This document shows, piece by piece, positions 13,230-28,878 of a DNA stretch of 64,000 nt (positions within the stretch are counted from its first letter, which is position 1; each line of letters begins with the position of its first letter). A program made the translations under genes and the position numbers. Source of the DNA: Auanema rhodensis (Eukaryota; Animalia; Nematoda); the NCBI GenBank assembly GCA_964057225.1, contig OZ059898.1:12710001-12774000 (forward strand). The letters are read 5' to 3'. Below the pieces are notes generated by a model that saw only the letters and a program-made list of their open reading frames with translations, was not told where the DNA came from and ran no database searches.

Positions 13230-16200
13230 TTACAATTCAGTTGACCATTCTTGGAAGACAACGGTCATAGGCTTTCCTTCCAGTTCATCAGCCCATTGAG
13301 TCCAAAACTGGGATTGCTTGGAGGCGTTCAAGGCTACAGTGTTCCTTTTGTCAACAGTCTTGTATGGAACCATTCCACATCTGCAAAAGTTAAAAATAGA
13401 CATCTGGAGATCATGTGATCAAATCAAAAAAAAATTTTTAATCTCAGAAATGTGATTTCAGTTTATTGTCTTTCAACAATTACTCGTGACGAGATCAGAT
13501 CTTATAGTTTTGAATGGTCGTATACTACATCATGACAAGTCATTCAATGTGTCTCAGGTCATTCAGCTATCGTTACGATGTGACAACAAAGTTTTGTGGG
13601 TTTTTCAGATTTACCTGATACACTTCTTGGCCAGAGCAATCTCAACAGCAGTTCCCAATCCACGACGACGATGTTCTTCGAAGACAAATTGGTTGTTGAA
13701 GAATCCAGCTGGATCAATCATTTCGAATGCAACTGGAAGTCCATCAAACTTAACACATGAGGAGGGCAGCCGAGCCAACTTTGCGCTGCAAAAATGAATA
13801 GTTGAAATTGAGATAAGACGGAAATTGAAGTAAATTATAAAGCTGTTTGATTAGGAATATTGTTATTCTGATGACGACACAACACGTTGTGTGTATGTGT
13901 AAAAAAGAATTATCTTTCTCCCATATTGCCTATTGTAATTTGATATAAAGAGAGAAAAAGAAATAGACAGAGAGAGATAGAGAGAGAAAACTTGATCTAA
14001 AGTTACTCTTAATATGGTTGAAGACAAAAAAAGGAAGGAAAAGCTTACATTGTTTGCTCCAAATCTCCCTCACTAGCATGTTTCCAGGTGCTGTTAACGA
14101 TTTCACCCTCGGTTATTGGGTCAATCTTCAAAACAAATTCATAACTATTACTTGAATTGAATTAAATACCTCATCGAAATAATAACCATCAGGAAGAAGA
14201 GGATCCTTATGCTCCATAATCTTCTGTCGTTGAGTAGGATTCATGAAGAACAAGAACAGATTCAAATCTGCTGATGACACATCACACGAGATATTCTTCA
14301 TTGCATTCGTATACTGAAAAAATTTTTACTATTAGGTATAGATAAGAAGTCACTAATATAGCTCAAAAACCTCTAAATTAACGGACGATATGGCTAAAAA
14401 TATGAAATCTTTTGTTTAACTTATACGGTCAAAATATGGAAGGGATTTTGACATATGTCTTTCAGCCGTATAAGCACAAAGCGATGTTAGAAGTGCTTGC
14501 CTGGTCAAGAAATGATGAGCCGAAAATCCGGAACTGAGAATTACAGAGAGTTAGGTAATGGAATACAAGGCCAATTTTCGTCCGACTTTTCTCCATTTTT
14601 TCGTTCATTTTCAACTTTTTCGTTATCATTTGTCCTTTTATAGAAGATTCTTTCTCATTACCGTACCAGTTTAACCAGGTCCTCCTTAGCTACAACCAGA
14701 TGGGCTCGATTACTATCCAGAGATCCCAAAGATCGGATTCTGAAACATCAAAAGAAATATATACATGTATGTATACTATATGAATAAGTAGTAGTAGTAG
14801 CATATTACATTCGCATAACACATATTCTCAATGAAAATACGATATTTTTCCAATTTTTCTTTTGTTTTCAAAGTGTTCATATAACGGAACTAATAATTTC
14901 TTTTTCTCTAATATTATAGTCAAAAAAATTGAAAGTTACGCTTCATCACACACTATTATATCTTGTCTTTCTTATATATCTTTTTCTTTTCTTTTTCTTC
15001 TACTAGTTTTAGAGAAAAACTTCTTTTTTTTTCGGAATAATAGCGGCATATTAAGCAGAAATTGAAATAGAAATTACCTGAATTCACGAATGCAGTTCAT
15101 AAACTCGTTGCGATCGAAAGGTGTACCCGGAATATGAGCCAGCATACATGATGGCCTAGAAAATGTAGGAGTTTTCCTCCCTTCTTGTCAATCCAATCAA
15201 TTTACTTGATATATACATTATCCTTGATCATGAAATAATATCTTGTTGGTCCAGATTCAGGAAAAACGAAAACTCGAATTGGTGATTCTGGGAAGCTGAA
15301 ACAGAGATACAAACTATATTATAATTTATATAATTATAATATTTAACTTATAAACATTGTGAATTCATTCGTTTTTCAACAAAATATTTTATTTTTTATA
15401 TAAAAAAACACTCCTCATGTATATGCTCGTTGATGATAAAAAATAAATGAAACATGCGACTTGGGTGACATGCGAAAAACATTTTTTTCTCCAACTTTAT
15501 AGTTTATAGTTCTTTAAAGAAAATCAAAAAAAAAGAAATTAATGTAGAGAATATAATATCTTTTTCATGTTATAATTTTTCAATTTTCTATTATTTTATT
15601 ACTAAAAAACTTAATAAATTAATTGAATTTTTCGTTTGATACATAACTTATTATTTAAAATAAATGTATGTAGTTTGAATATCTATATCGATACTATACA
15701 TATATTCAGATATTTATGATCTAGTAGCATAGTTAGCTTAGTTTAAAACTGAGAATATGCTCTCAATATTTCAAAAAATCGCAATGTATGCAGTGAAAAT
15801 AAAAAAAAACGTCACGTGAAAGATTACGTGAACAATCACGTCATTTCGCTAATTTTCGTTATTTTCAAAAGTGAATCAGAGATGAATGGTTGTTGATAGA
15901 TGTTTATTTGTAGATTTAAATGATTTTCATTAGTTTTAAGATTAGTTTTTCTGAGAAACAACAGAAAGATTTTCATCAATTAACTTTCAAAGACTGATTA
16001 TGATATACTGATATACGATGACTTTACTGCATTTGCAAAAGAAGGTCATTATGAGATTCCCATCAACTTCAAATGGATGTTTGAGAATGACTTTCAATTG
16101 AATTATAGCTCGTATCTTAATACTATTTCTATCTAACATTCTATCTAATGATATATTAGATTTTCATTCAACCTGAATAGATAATTTGAGGAGATTTAAC

Positions 16201-16442
16201 TGTATATTTCAATCAATTTTCACCTACGAGAATTCCTTTTATATTATTTCATTCTGTATCTAACGATTAGAGAAACAAATTACATAGAAATAATAAATAT
16301 TTTAGGCTAATAATATAGTTAAAACGTACTTTTCATCCAGATACCCATCGATAGAAAAGTGGAAATAAATGGTATCCACATGCTTCTTTGTTTCAATGGC
16401 AGCGCGTTCCAAATCCTCTCGGGTTGTCAGCTCTCGAAGCAT
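13230..16442 (-). CDS. Glycine N-acyltransferase-like GNAT-family acyltransferase (nematode-type), 8 exons, 298 aa
   Basis: Spliced by hand with GT-AG introns and consistent phases. Exons: 16330-16442, 15206-15295, 15078-15155, 14667-14739, 14170-14313, 14049-14125, 13615-13785, 13230-13380 (897 nt). Protein reads MLRELTTREDLERAAIETKKHVDTIYFHFSIDGY...LLPDGYYFDE...IVNSTWKHASEGDLEQTIAKLARLPSSCVKFDGLPVAFEMIDPAGFFNNQFVFEEHRRRGLGTAVEIALAKKCIRCGMVPYKTV... and includes the GNAT motif A (HRRRGLG). The family call comes from recalled family features, not a database search. Confidence 0.9.
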
Positions 16443-19307
16443 TTTTTATGTTTTTCTTCTTGATTTACAAAAAATCAGAAATTCTGCAAATAATTAGAAA
16501 TATAAAACAATGAAGTTGATGTAACATGAGCATAAAGAAATAGCGATAAGTTGAAATAAAAGGATGAAAATATAGAAAATGATGATGTTGGAAATGAAGA
16601 GAAAAGCTAATACAAATGGAGAAACCGGAGATATGGAAAATTATCTTGTTAATGATGTAATAAGTTGGAAAAAAAACTAGAAAAATCAGAAATGAAACCA
16701 ATCCAATAAATAGAGGTAAAGCGAGCTAGAAAGAGAGAAGAGACGAAGAAAGGAGATAAAGAGGGCGAGAAAGAGAGAGATAGAAAGCAGACGAAAGTTG
16801 AGACAAGATAAGTAGGAGGAGATGTAATACAGGACGGGGAAAAACAGGACACCGTAAGGCAAAGGGCAACACTCGTTGAATGAACAATGTGCTGAGAAAG
16901 GGGCGGGATGTGGTCGAAATGTGATGGTTAATGAAAGTTTTTAAAAGTCATCGGAAACCCCCCCCCCCCCACATATGTACACATACCATACGATCTAAAA
17001 GTTTTAGCCAGAGAACAATGTTAAAAGAGAAATAAAAAAAATTCAAAAGGCAATAAGAGAATAAGAGAAAAACAGAAAGAAAAGAGAGTGTGAGGAAGAG
17101 AGAATGACAAAGGACAAGAAGGAGGGAAATTGTGAGAGAGAGAAAAAGAACAAGAAAAAGGAAGAGACAGAGAGAAAAACATGCAGATAGTTGGGCGGAG
17201 ATGATGAGTCAAAGATAAAGAATGATTCGGTAAATGACAAAGATCACTAAAGATTAAGCAGACAGACGAATTTAGCTGGGAGAGCTAGAGAGGATGAAAT
17301 GAAGAAAAATGACTTTGGATGATGATGATGATGAATAAGAAGAAGACGATGCAGAATATGACGACAACGACAAAGAATACGACTGAATGAGATTCATTTT
17401 GAAATTTTATACGTTTGATCTATGATTGTGAACTGATCGAATTTGGAGGTCATTTCATAAATGATAATGCTTTAAGTTTTGATATAATACTATGATCAAT
17501 TGTATATCACTATAGTTGTACTTAGTTCAATGAACTATAATACAATATACTGAGATAAGTTCGATAATAAGAGAACTCTCCCCCCCTTTCGCCCCCCAAT
17601 GAACACACACACATACACACACTTGCGCACATATATAGTCATATTAGATAAAACTTGAACTTGCTTTCACAGAAAATCAATCAGAGACTATAATATCATA
17701 GATCATTGTTGAATATGATCAGAATACGATGAGGAGAAAAAGAGAATGAGGATGAAGGAGACACTCGTATCTATGTGATACATGCTCGCATGTCTTCGTC
17801 GTGACAACAACGATTCTGATGATGTTGATGTTGATGCTGATGAGATAATGACAATTGCAAGAATATATTCGTTGGCAAGAACACTGTCATCGTCAACGAT
17901 GAAACGCCGACAACAACGATTTACCGTGTTTCGAATGTTGTTGCTGTGGATAAGGCAGCTATGGATACCTTCTGTGGATAGCCGTATAAATGCAGTGGTG
18001 AAATCTTGGATGAAACAGACAAAACATCAACAGCATCCTGCCTTGCCTGAAGACATGCTGACATTCTCACTAGCAGATGGGAAAAGGAAGAAGATGAAAT
18101 TTCTAGAGAAAAGGAAGCAGAAGCTGACGAGAGATTGGTAGAGGTAAGGAGGAGATGAGCAAGCAAAGAAAGTAGAAGGAAGAATGAGAAATGAGCAGGC
18201 AGCAGAACAAGAGGGGAAAAAAGAAGAAAAAACTCAAAAAGTAAGTGATGTTTGTCTTTCGCTGAAGAAGCATACCAGCACGTTGAGCCACAGCTCGCTC
18301 AAGCCTGCAAGAATCGCCAAGATGTTCCATCGGTGATGTCGCCGTCATACTTAAATGATTTTTCAAAAAAAGAGAAAAGGTGACCATGTGCAATATACTA
18401 TCACTGGACTAATTGATATTCCGTAGTGAGAGCGAAAGGTAGACGCAAAAGAAGTTTTTCCTTCTTTTTTTTCAAAAAAAATGAAAGAAGATAGAGTGGC
18501 AGGAGGTCTAAAAGAAAAGTAGGAAGATGTTTTAGAAATCATGCTGCAGAATATAAAAGCTGAGAATTTTGTATTAAAAAAACTTGGATAGAAACTGCAC
18601 GATGTGAAGCTAAAAATTGGAAATTCTTTGTTAAAAATGAAGAAAAAATACGCGACAAATGATAGATATTGAAGTTGTTTGAAGTGAGTAAAAGGAAAAA
18701 AAAGGATATGTCGCATAATATACATAAAAACACCGAAAAATGGAGAATAAGGCAATGGAGGGAGAACATAGATGAAAGCTCAGAAAGTTGGGCACGAAAA
18801 ACGCCCAGCTATTTTTTATTCTGAAGAAACGGAGCGAAAAGAGAAAAAGCTTAGAATGAGAGACGTAGACAGCAAAATATGCTCTAGTATACAACAAGAA
18901 AAAGATGAAAAAACTGGGAGATAGGAGAAATAACGGAGAAAGAGAGATGAAGAGAAGAGAGCAAGAAAGAGAAAGAGTAGAAGGTTTGGGTACATTGGGC
19001 TAGGTGTTGGAGCAGAGGATTGAGACAGAGGGTGAGAGGGAAGCATAGATATTTCGGTTGAACAACTAAATAACAATTTTTGGAAATTGTAGTACTAAAC
19101 TCAATGATGGTTGCAAAGTGAAAGAAGCTATTTTCTAGCTCAATTTATCCATTGATATTCAAGGAATAAGATATTTAAAAAAAAAGACCCGAACAAGCAT
19201 AAAGATTTATGTGGATGTGAGGGAGAAGCAATAAGAGTTGGAGGTATAATAGAAAGGGGAGAAAAAGCTATAAATGAGTAAGAAAGATAGAAGGATGGAA
19301 AGAGAGT

Positions 19308-19353
<46 letters not shown>

Positions 19354-22300
19354 AGGGGAAGAGGGAAACAACCAAATTAATAGAAACCATAGTAAACAAT
19401 TGGGTAAATAAATTTTCAAAAAAGATTGAAAAATAATTTGGTTTGAAACTGCAAGTTTATTGCAAAAGGTAACATCATGTTGCGGCAATTGCACATTCAA
19501 CCTTGTGAATTAGGTAGAAATAACAAGCTTTCCAAGTTTTTCATAAAACTCGGTTTTGATTGAAAAGCTTTTCATCTGTGTAATTACCAGTGGTACACAG
19601 TTTTTCAGCTTACATGTTCTCTCTTGAGTATATACTGCCACAAGTGATATTTAGTTGAAAAAATCTTAATTTGCCTTAGCTATTTCGATTAGTTGAAAGA
19701 TCAAACATATAGAAATGTTATTAGAAGAATGGAGTGACAAGTTGAAAATCTAATAACTTGAAAAACTTCAAATAGAAACTTCAGTCCAAAAAAGGAGTGA
19801 ATTGAAAGATTCATGCTCATTCGAAAAACTTTGCCAACTTTCAAAAGTCGTTGAGGAAAATAACGACAAAATGAAAAGAAACGGTGAAACAATTACCGGA
19901 AAAAATAAATGAAGAGGAAAATATCTTTAAATTGAACAAGAAAAACAAAAAAATTATATAAAAAGCAAGAATATTGAGATAGAATGTGTCTTGAAGCGAG
20001 AATTCTGCTATGCTTTTAACATCAGCTTTCTTGGGGTTATGTCTGTTTTGGTCTCAAGTTAATCTTCATTTTCGCATGATATCATAACAATCTTCTGAAA
20101 TTGCTTTCATGAAAAAAAAAAGATTTTTTCAAAATCTTCAACTTCGTTACATCATTCAAACAACGATCTTAACATAAGCGATTGTTTCTCTCTCTCTCTC
20201 CCTCTCTCTCTCTCTCTTACTCATACTCTATCTCCCTTTCCCTCCCTCTTACTCTGCTTCTTTTAGTGTCTTGAAGATTCTTCTTTTGTTTGGTGTCGTC
20301 ATAAGAGAAAAATGAACCATTTTCCTGAGATATCGTGTAAGTGTGTGTGTTAGAATGCTGTTCAACAATACGAACCCATTCATCCACTCATAATACACTT
20401 GGAAGTTTTCGAAATTTGTTGAAAGTTGTGATAACAGTCGAAAGATATTGGTTGGATTACTTTATTTGACAAGTAGCAAGAGTGAAGATGAGAAAGCTGA
20501 AAGCTTTATTTCACATTTTCTAGAAAAAGCCTACAAGATGCATCTGTTTGTAACACCTATTCGTTATATCTGAATGTTTTTTTTAAGTCTAGGAATGACA
20601 TTTAGATAAATTATAACAAGGAAATAGATTTATGATTGTAAATTAGATAGAAAACTAGCAATTTTCTTTTAAATAATGGTAAAACTCACTATGTTTGGCA
20701 GGGCTTTGATGCTTGAACGGTGTATTTAAAAAATTAATCTCAAAACGAAATTTGGGATAAAAAGGAAAAAGAGCTGAATGGATGAGGAATTACGTCAATA
20801 TGAGAGAGGAAAAAGGCAGCCGCGTGAAAAGAGTATGCAAAAAGAAGGAGAGAAACTGAATCTGCTTCTAGCGAAAGACGTGAAGAGGAAGAGCCGTAAG
20901 CTGAAAAACGGCTTTCAGCATGTGTATACATGTATGTCTGTGTCATTTCGCCTCTGCTCTCTATCATTTCATATAGTCTTTGGCAGTTTTTTCTTGCTCT
21001 CTCATTCTCCAGCTTTCTCGTCGTTTTCCATTTTCGACGTCTGTGCCATCCTTTCATACCGCAATCTTTTACATCACAAGTCTATCTATGCAATTGATGT
21101 ATATTTCGACGTACAGGCTCAACAGAAAAACAATATTCATCGAATTTTAATAATCCTCGTAATGGCTGGGGAGAGCTTTTTCTGTCTCTTTTATTTTTTT
21201 TATTTTGTTGGGTGTGCTCACTCTAAGCATGTTATCTCATGAATGCAGACATTCACTCTCTCACTACCTTTTCAAGCTCAATCTCTCCTTCTTCTTGTAT
21301 CCATCACTTCTTTCTGTCTCTGTCTCTATCTCTGTCTCTCTCTCTCTCTCTGTCTCTATATCTCTCTCTCACTCTCTCTCTCTCTCTGGATATCAATCAA
21401 TCTAGATTTTTTTTAGAAATCGTTTCAAATATATCCATTACCAATAGATAGTAAAGAAAAAAACGAAACAATGGGATACAGGGAAACTACAGTAGACGGC
21501 AAGACACATGCATGTGATTTCGATGGGCAAAGTAGGCACGGACCAAATAACTGTTCTGACGGTGTGTTAAGTAAGTGAGATTTAACAATATGGCTTGTTT
21601 ACCATGACCGATGTCCTTAAAGTGTATCTTGCTTCATATTTTTATAAACTTTCTATATCGTTGAGGGAAAACATATCTAGAGTTTAAAAAAATACATGAA
21701 AAAGTGCTTGGAGTGGATGGCATAGAGCTGGATCTAGTAGGTTAAAACAAGCAAAATGCCCATGGGATAGACGAAAAGAATAATTTGTTTCCTTTTTAAG
21801 CAGAGTAATAAATTGCGCAAAAGAAGCGACATCACAGAAAATATGAAAGATTTTTCATGTTTGGAAAAAATGAGAAAGAAAAACGGAAACTCATACGTCG
21901 TCTGGGTTATATGTCCAACAACTATTCGAGTACGAAGCTCTTCGCCTCATAGATAGAAGAGCTGATAGACTTTTTAAGATCAGATAATGTAATGAGAAAG
22001 GCAAACGATTTTTTAAAATTTAAGAGTCGAGGGCTAAATTAGAATACATGAGAGACGATGAATGGGATGGCTTTAATAGATTCGAAATGGGGTAATGAGA
22101 TGAGGAAACGAAAGAGTAAAGAAATGACAATAAGGAGAAAGAGAGATCAACTGAAACAGGAGGAAGTTGAGCACAAAAGAGAAGGTTTGACATCAGCTTT
22201 TGCGGAGACTAAGGAGTTAGCTGTTAGGAGTAGAAGCAGCTCTTTGACAAGCGATTCAGCAGAAAAATGAACAGAGCCAGGAGCGAATAGGAAGAATAAA

Positions 22301-24177
22301 GGACCAGTTCAAAGCAATACTATTGAGGAGAGATAGAGAAATGGAGAGAAAGGCAGAGAGAGAACGAATAGGAAAGGGGTCCTAGCTAGAGATGGAAGAA
22401 TAAGGAATTGCACGAATTTGCTAGAAACGTCTTCGAGTAGGTATATGGGCTCAGCAAGAACGAGAATCAAGAACGACAGATAAGATAAAACGGGAAATAC
22501 ATGGAGGGGATAGAAAAAAGAAAAAATATTAAATAGAATATGAAATGGAGAGAACAGAAAGGGAGAAGCCGGATGCCATGAGTCCAAAAGCTATAGAATG
22601 GGTCGACTCGGGACAAATGGCAGTAGCACGATGCTTCAACGAAATAGCACTGTTGCCTGAGAGGGGACAGATGGCCGAAGATGCAGATGAGACGGACCAT
22701 TCTATTAGAGGGATTTAGAGAGTAGACATAGAATAGAGAAAACTGAAAAACAGATATGCCTGTGGCATATCCAGGGTCGGAGGGGGGGGGTCGTTGTGTA
22801 TGCAGAGGAAGGAGAAAAATAGAGATATGTTGGAGTAGAAGAGGAAGACAACAGGACAGAACAGAAGATTTCAACTATCAAGCCAAATGAGAGAGCATGC
22901 TCAAGTGGCAGAAACTGCGAGAGTAACATAGAGACTAGAGAAAGAATGAGATATTGGTTAAAATGGTTGAAAATGGCAATGGAAAAGAAGAAATTTATAG
23001 AAAATCTTCCAGGATTGTAGTAGGGAGCGTATGTGTGGTAGAAAGAGCGGGATAAAGAGCAAGAGAAATGAAGAAAATTGGGTAGAGAACATAGTTTCTG
23101 AAGAGAGGACGAAAAAATAGAAAGCGTGCAGAATCTAAAACGCATTGCTGTCTCTTCTCTCTTTCTCTTTGCCACTCATCTCCTCCCTCCCTTTCTACCC
23201 TCTCCCTCTCTCCTTCTCTCCCTCTGTCCCTTTCTCCCCTCTCTCTCTCTTTTCTTTCTATTGCTTGCCAACAGCCAAAACAAGAGAAAACGGAAAGAGG
23301 ATTGCTGTCTAAGAGACTGGAAGCAATGTAAGAGCAGCTTCAGCAGTAAGCTATTTCAAATTTTTAAGTTTTCAAAGAAGTATTGACTTTAAACGACCCA
23401 AACGTTCACAAATTTTTGTGCTGTTCAAAATGCATTGGTAAATCAGAAATGTGGGACGGGCAATTTTACCTCAAACGATGGATGGAAAGGATATTGGGGG
23501 TGCAGATGAATTGCGGAGTGAACAGACGTTGTTGAGAGAGAGCAAGAAATGCTGGCTTCTAGGGATGAGAGTATGAAGCTGATGGCTGTAGAACCCATAT
23601 CTTTGGGTCTCCAATCTCCAGAAAATAGAATTTCTGAATAAAAACCGGAACCCATACCCAGAAAATGGGTTAGTAATAGGAGCAATAGAGAGAGCGGAAA
23701 GAAATGGCGCGCAAACTACAGAGTTCAAAGACTTTTCTTGGGGGTTTGCCGACACTGCATGCATAAAATAGAATGATTTTAAGAAGGAAAGACTTGCAAA
23801 AAGATGACAAGTGCTTCATGAATTTAGGAGGCTTTGAGTCCATTGAACAGAAAACTCCGGAGGTTCAGGAAGTTTTTTGTCGATCTGTTTCAAACTTTTT
23901 TTTCTTTGTTCAACAGTTGCTTTTACGGCTGGGGGTGATTTTTAAAGGATGAGAAACGAAAAAAGATGAGAAAGAAGACAAAAAAGAAAAAAAAAGAAGA
24001 AAAACACACAGAAAAGAGTGACTGAGATGAGGAAAAGGAGAGAAAAAAAGTAAATTGAAATAGTATTCAGTTAGAAGAAGGATTGGCAGTTAAGAAGTGA
24101 GTAATAGAGCAAAAAAAAGATGTGAAAGGTTATAGAGAAAGATAGAGAAAGAGAGAGACAGCGAGAGAGAGAGGGGG

Positions 24178-24209
<32 letters not shown>

Positions 24210-27200
24210 AGTGTTGAAATATTATTGAAAGAGAGTACAACTTCGACTATGAAATGAAGAAACACTAAAGGATAAACTATTCTGTTCAATATATTTCTGA
24301 TTCATATAGTGGAGGATACGTAATATTTCTTTGAAAGTGACATATGTTACTCTCTGATCTTTGAAACAGATGTCTAGAGAGAATATATATTTGAATATTA
24401 TTAAAATTGAAATTTTTTTTAAATCTCCAATCCCTTCTTATTTTTCTTTTTGGTTTGATTTTGCACATCACAAATATTGCAAATATCATTGAACTTTCAA
24501 ACGTCCTTACTATCGATGATGTCAAAAGGGAGAATAAAGATACTAGAGAATGAAGGAAAACTGGAGAGAAAATAATTGAAAAATTGACAAAAAAATGAGA
24601 GATTAAGAAGAAAAGAGAGGATCAAAATGTTGAAAGGCGCAAGAAATAAGTTTTTAAACGCTACGTGAAGTCTTGATAAATTGCCTATCTTTTTGTCTTT
24701 GTTCTACCTGATCTCATTTGCAAAGTGATAAGTTGCAATGAAAACTGAGAACTTCAAAGTTTAACATTGATCAAGTTTGTTCTAAATTTTAGCAAATTAT
24801 TCTTTTTTCTGATTAAATTTATATTTATTCTTATATTATACTGACTAAAATCGTTTTAAAGAAATTGGAATAAGTTGAGTATTTTAGACAAATGGCTAAG
24901 TTTGCTAAAAACGTTTCTGTTGAAAGTTCGCTTTATTCAGGAATACCTTTAACCGGATATGACAGTGTGAGACAAAAAGTATCCGGAATTGAGTGTTCAA
25001 AGCTAGAATGCTGTAGAAATCTTTGGATGAACGTATAGAAAAAGAGTTATAGCTCGATGCTCAAACAATGAATAATGTGGCATAAATCATATGATTTTCG
25101 ACTAATTTTCTTAAATTATACATAAAGAATAAAGATTTTACTGGAATTCCGATAAAAATCGAAATCTATATATAGATATAAGAGAAATATACTTGTGTAT
25201 ACTCATGATATTCGATAACAATGGAATTATATCGGAAGAATATATTCGAGATGGATAAATTCAATTGTCTTTCTTAAGCTCTTCTTGTCAGGAAGTAACC
25301 TATTCCCTCAGAAAAACGAAAATATAATTGATCTAAAGTCAGAAGAGAACGGCTTACCAAGTTGAAGAAGTGTTCAAAACTTGAAACTTAATAGCTAGAA
25401 GGTATCAAGCAGTTCTTCTACACACCCACATGTAAAATGTTGTTGAACCGAAATACGAATATAAAAAAGTTTTTTCTGACTGTGTCTGTGTGTGTCAATT
25501 CACCAAACCACTTCGCATTTTTTTGTTTGTTTTGTAATTGGAAATATACTGATTAGAATGACTCAAATTTCAGGATGCCAGAGCCAAGTTGTGGCTCAAG
25601 CGTGCAGAATGTGCTAGCTGCATTCAATGTGACAACTGTGCTTTTGAGCTTTTGCTGCTCACACTTAGCCTCATATCTATTTGCTTCAAATTTCCGCATA
25701 TGAAGTTTAAAACAGTTATTTCCCCTAACTTTCATATAGTCAGAGTTTAAGCTATCCCTCTGATGTGGTATCTGAAAAGATAGACAAAGAAGACGTAATA
25801 GATAGAAAGGAAGTCGAAGAGAGAGAAACAGCGAGAGATCAAGAGTGAGAGAAAGAGGAAACGAGAACGAGCCTTAGCTGAAATGATAAAAATTTTTTTG
25901 AAATAGAAAGTTTTTTTTCTAATTCTTTGTAAGTCAATACTACAGCAAGATACCAGAGATGTTTTTGGCCAGAGATGTTTTATTAAAAATATTATTTTAT
26001 CAAATTTTGACATCAGCAGAATGAACCCCGTGATTTCAAAGAATTTATAAATAATTTATATTTTATTGATATTAAACTATTTTTTGAATAAAAACGACAA
26101 ATCAAAACAATTTGCAACGAAACAATAGAACGATTTCATTGACAACCGGATGGAAAACATTCTAAGATTAAATGAAGAAAAATGACAAAAAGAAATATAA
26201 ATATTAAAAAAATTATTTTTCTTTTTCGTAAATGAAATAAAATTATTTTAAAGTTTCTAGTTTTTCATAAACAGCTTCATGATTTAATAAACTGAAAAAT
26301 ATAAAATTGTAGGAGGGGAGGGGGACGCATGGCTTGTATGTCAGTAACAACCGTTCATCAACAATCAACAAATCATTCATTTAAAATTTCCACGCAGTTT
26401 TCACGTCTGCTCGCATAATTTCCACGTTGTACACGTCATTCAGCCTTTACTTTGCTCTTGCTACTCCATAGCTCACCACTGCACTAAAAACTTTACGACG
26501 ACTGAAAAGAAAATGAGAAGGAAAATGCTCAAAAACATAACGCCTACAGCATATTGCATGGTGATGTGAAAGAAAGCGCAATACATGTTTCATGAACTAT
26601 ATCGTGCACATATTGAATCGGTTATGCTAATTTATGCGTCTGAAACAAAAAATCAGCAACAAATTGGCACCAAAAAAAACTAAGAAGCAAAGGGCTTCAG
26701 AAATTAAAAGTGTAGGAGAAACTTCCGAATGCTAAAACATGAAGCAGCATGCAGAATGAAAGAAACTCAGAAAACTCTAAAGGTAGCCTTGTTGAGCTAG
26801 CTAAGCTTTGAGTTTCAAATATCTATGAAACAAACAGCTGAACAGAGCAGATCGTTCGCTATCTCTTACTCCAGTTATTACTTTCGACTGCAGGATAACG
26901 GCAGGAAAGTAAATCCCATTTTCAATTCAGCCGCTGGAATGCCTGTCATTCGGTTCACTCTGACTGGAATTATCAAGAAGACAGCCCCTTCTCAATGTCG
27001 ATGTATGAATTCAAATGTTTTACTTATAAATGAAACTAATTACTTGCACATTTAACTTAGCACTTTCTTCTTAAAATAGCAAAATCCTGATAAAGGATTG
27101 ATTTATGCTTCTTCGTAGTCAATTGAAATTTTATATTTTTATTTGAAAAAAAGCTACAATTTGCATTTAGCTTACACAATTTGGAAAGAAAATCTATGTT

Positions 27201-28878
27201 TTTCCCTATGTAAGCTGGCTCACCAACCATTCCCACATTCTACGAATTTGACATGAATTGTCGAAAAGAAACAGAACAAAAATAATTTTTTTTATTATTT
27301 TAAGTTTTTTCCCGCACGTTTAGAATAATATTCCTATTCCAGCCAGGATTTTTCTATTCTGTTGTTGATAAATCTTCCCGCTAATTATGAAAAACAGACG
27401 AGTTTCTATACGTATAACTAAAGCAGTCACGGCGCTGCTGAGCTATAGGAAATTTCAGAGATAGTTCTCAGAAACTTCATTCTAGCCAGATCAATATCCA
27501 TCTTTAAAGCTTAATCAGTCCCTCTTTCATCTTTCGTCGTTCTGAATTTAGCTTCATCAGTTCGTCCTTCAATCCCAACGACATTGAGAATGAAGAGACT
27601 TCCGCGCTTTGCTGGTTCTCTATTAGAAATTCTCCGGATTGCTTCGTCTTGTGAGTTAAACGTCACATAAACATAAAAAGTTTTTAAAGTTGAGCAAAAG
27701 ACTGTTTGTTCTGAGCTGAGTGTTTTGGCTCTTTTGTCCGTTCTGTTAGCGTCCAAATCTCTTGTTGAAGATTAGTCATACATATACTCGTTAGTTTTCC
27801 AAAATCTTGAGACGTTCTTCAAATCCTTGACCTTATTCATTTGTGGTTTCCAGCTTTTTCTATTCTCATGCTCTCAATACATTAGCCATTTTATTCATTT
27901 CATCCGTATTCCCACCATAGTATTTCTCGAACGAGCGAAAAGAGGCATTTTAATAACCTTCTTCTTTAATCTTTTTTCTTCGTTTTTTTCAAGATTCTGT
28001 CGTTTCTAGCCTATTCCTTTGTTGTTAATAAGCATTCATGATAAGCCGATCAGCTTAAACTTATAAATAGTCGATAAAACACTAGAAGAAGATTTGACGA
28101 TGAATCAATCACATGAGGGAAAGCTTTTCACCACGCAATATATAATGAAGATTCGATGTTCAAATCTTCATAACTTAAACGCAAATGTTATACTTATAAT
28201 TACATTCAGTTTTGGTCTCTCAAATGTTCTCAAATTTTGTCATAGTAAAAGGAAACGTCATTAATCTGTCGACTCTAAAGAAAGCCAACTCTAAAGAAAT
28301 AATTGAATCATCAGTGAGAAGCATGACGGCTTCTAAAATAAAATCGAAAGGACGCATGAAAGACAACAACAGAACTTTCGAACCATATATAGCGTTCGGT
28401 TTCTTTAATTCGTTTCACGTCACCATAATCATCATTTGATCTTCTTTTAGCGTGTAGACTATCATATCCACACTCAATTATGCAGATATCTTTCTCGGAT
28501 TTCTTTCGATTTATATGTCAATTAGAGATCATCGCGAACTTTAAATCCTCTTTCCTTCTTTTCCTCTCTTACCCACGCTTCATCTCTCAATAATTTCGTT
28601 ACTTGATGCCTTTACTTGCCTATTCTTTCAATCTAATATGGATTCCAACGTCTACGTCTAACCTGTGCTCTATCTCTGATTATATGCTTTTTTCAGCTAT
28701 ATATTCGTTGAAACTCTCACTCTTAATTGCGTCTCGTGGAATAGAAACCTAATCAAAGCGTCATGGCCAATGAATGATTGCTTCACAACTGTGCATGTAC
28801 AATGCGAATTTGCGTAATCCTTTAGTAAATTTTCAATGCACTCCTCAGGCTATGAGAAACTGTATTTAGGATAGCACC

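Noticed and set aside
13486-13797. + strand 103-aa ORF
   Set aside because: Antisense shadow of exon 7 of the GNAT gene.
27500-28010. Charged, coiled-coil-looking minus-strand reading frames
   Set aside because: Frequent stops and no consistent splice path. It could be a decayed gene, but I cannot support that.
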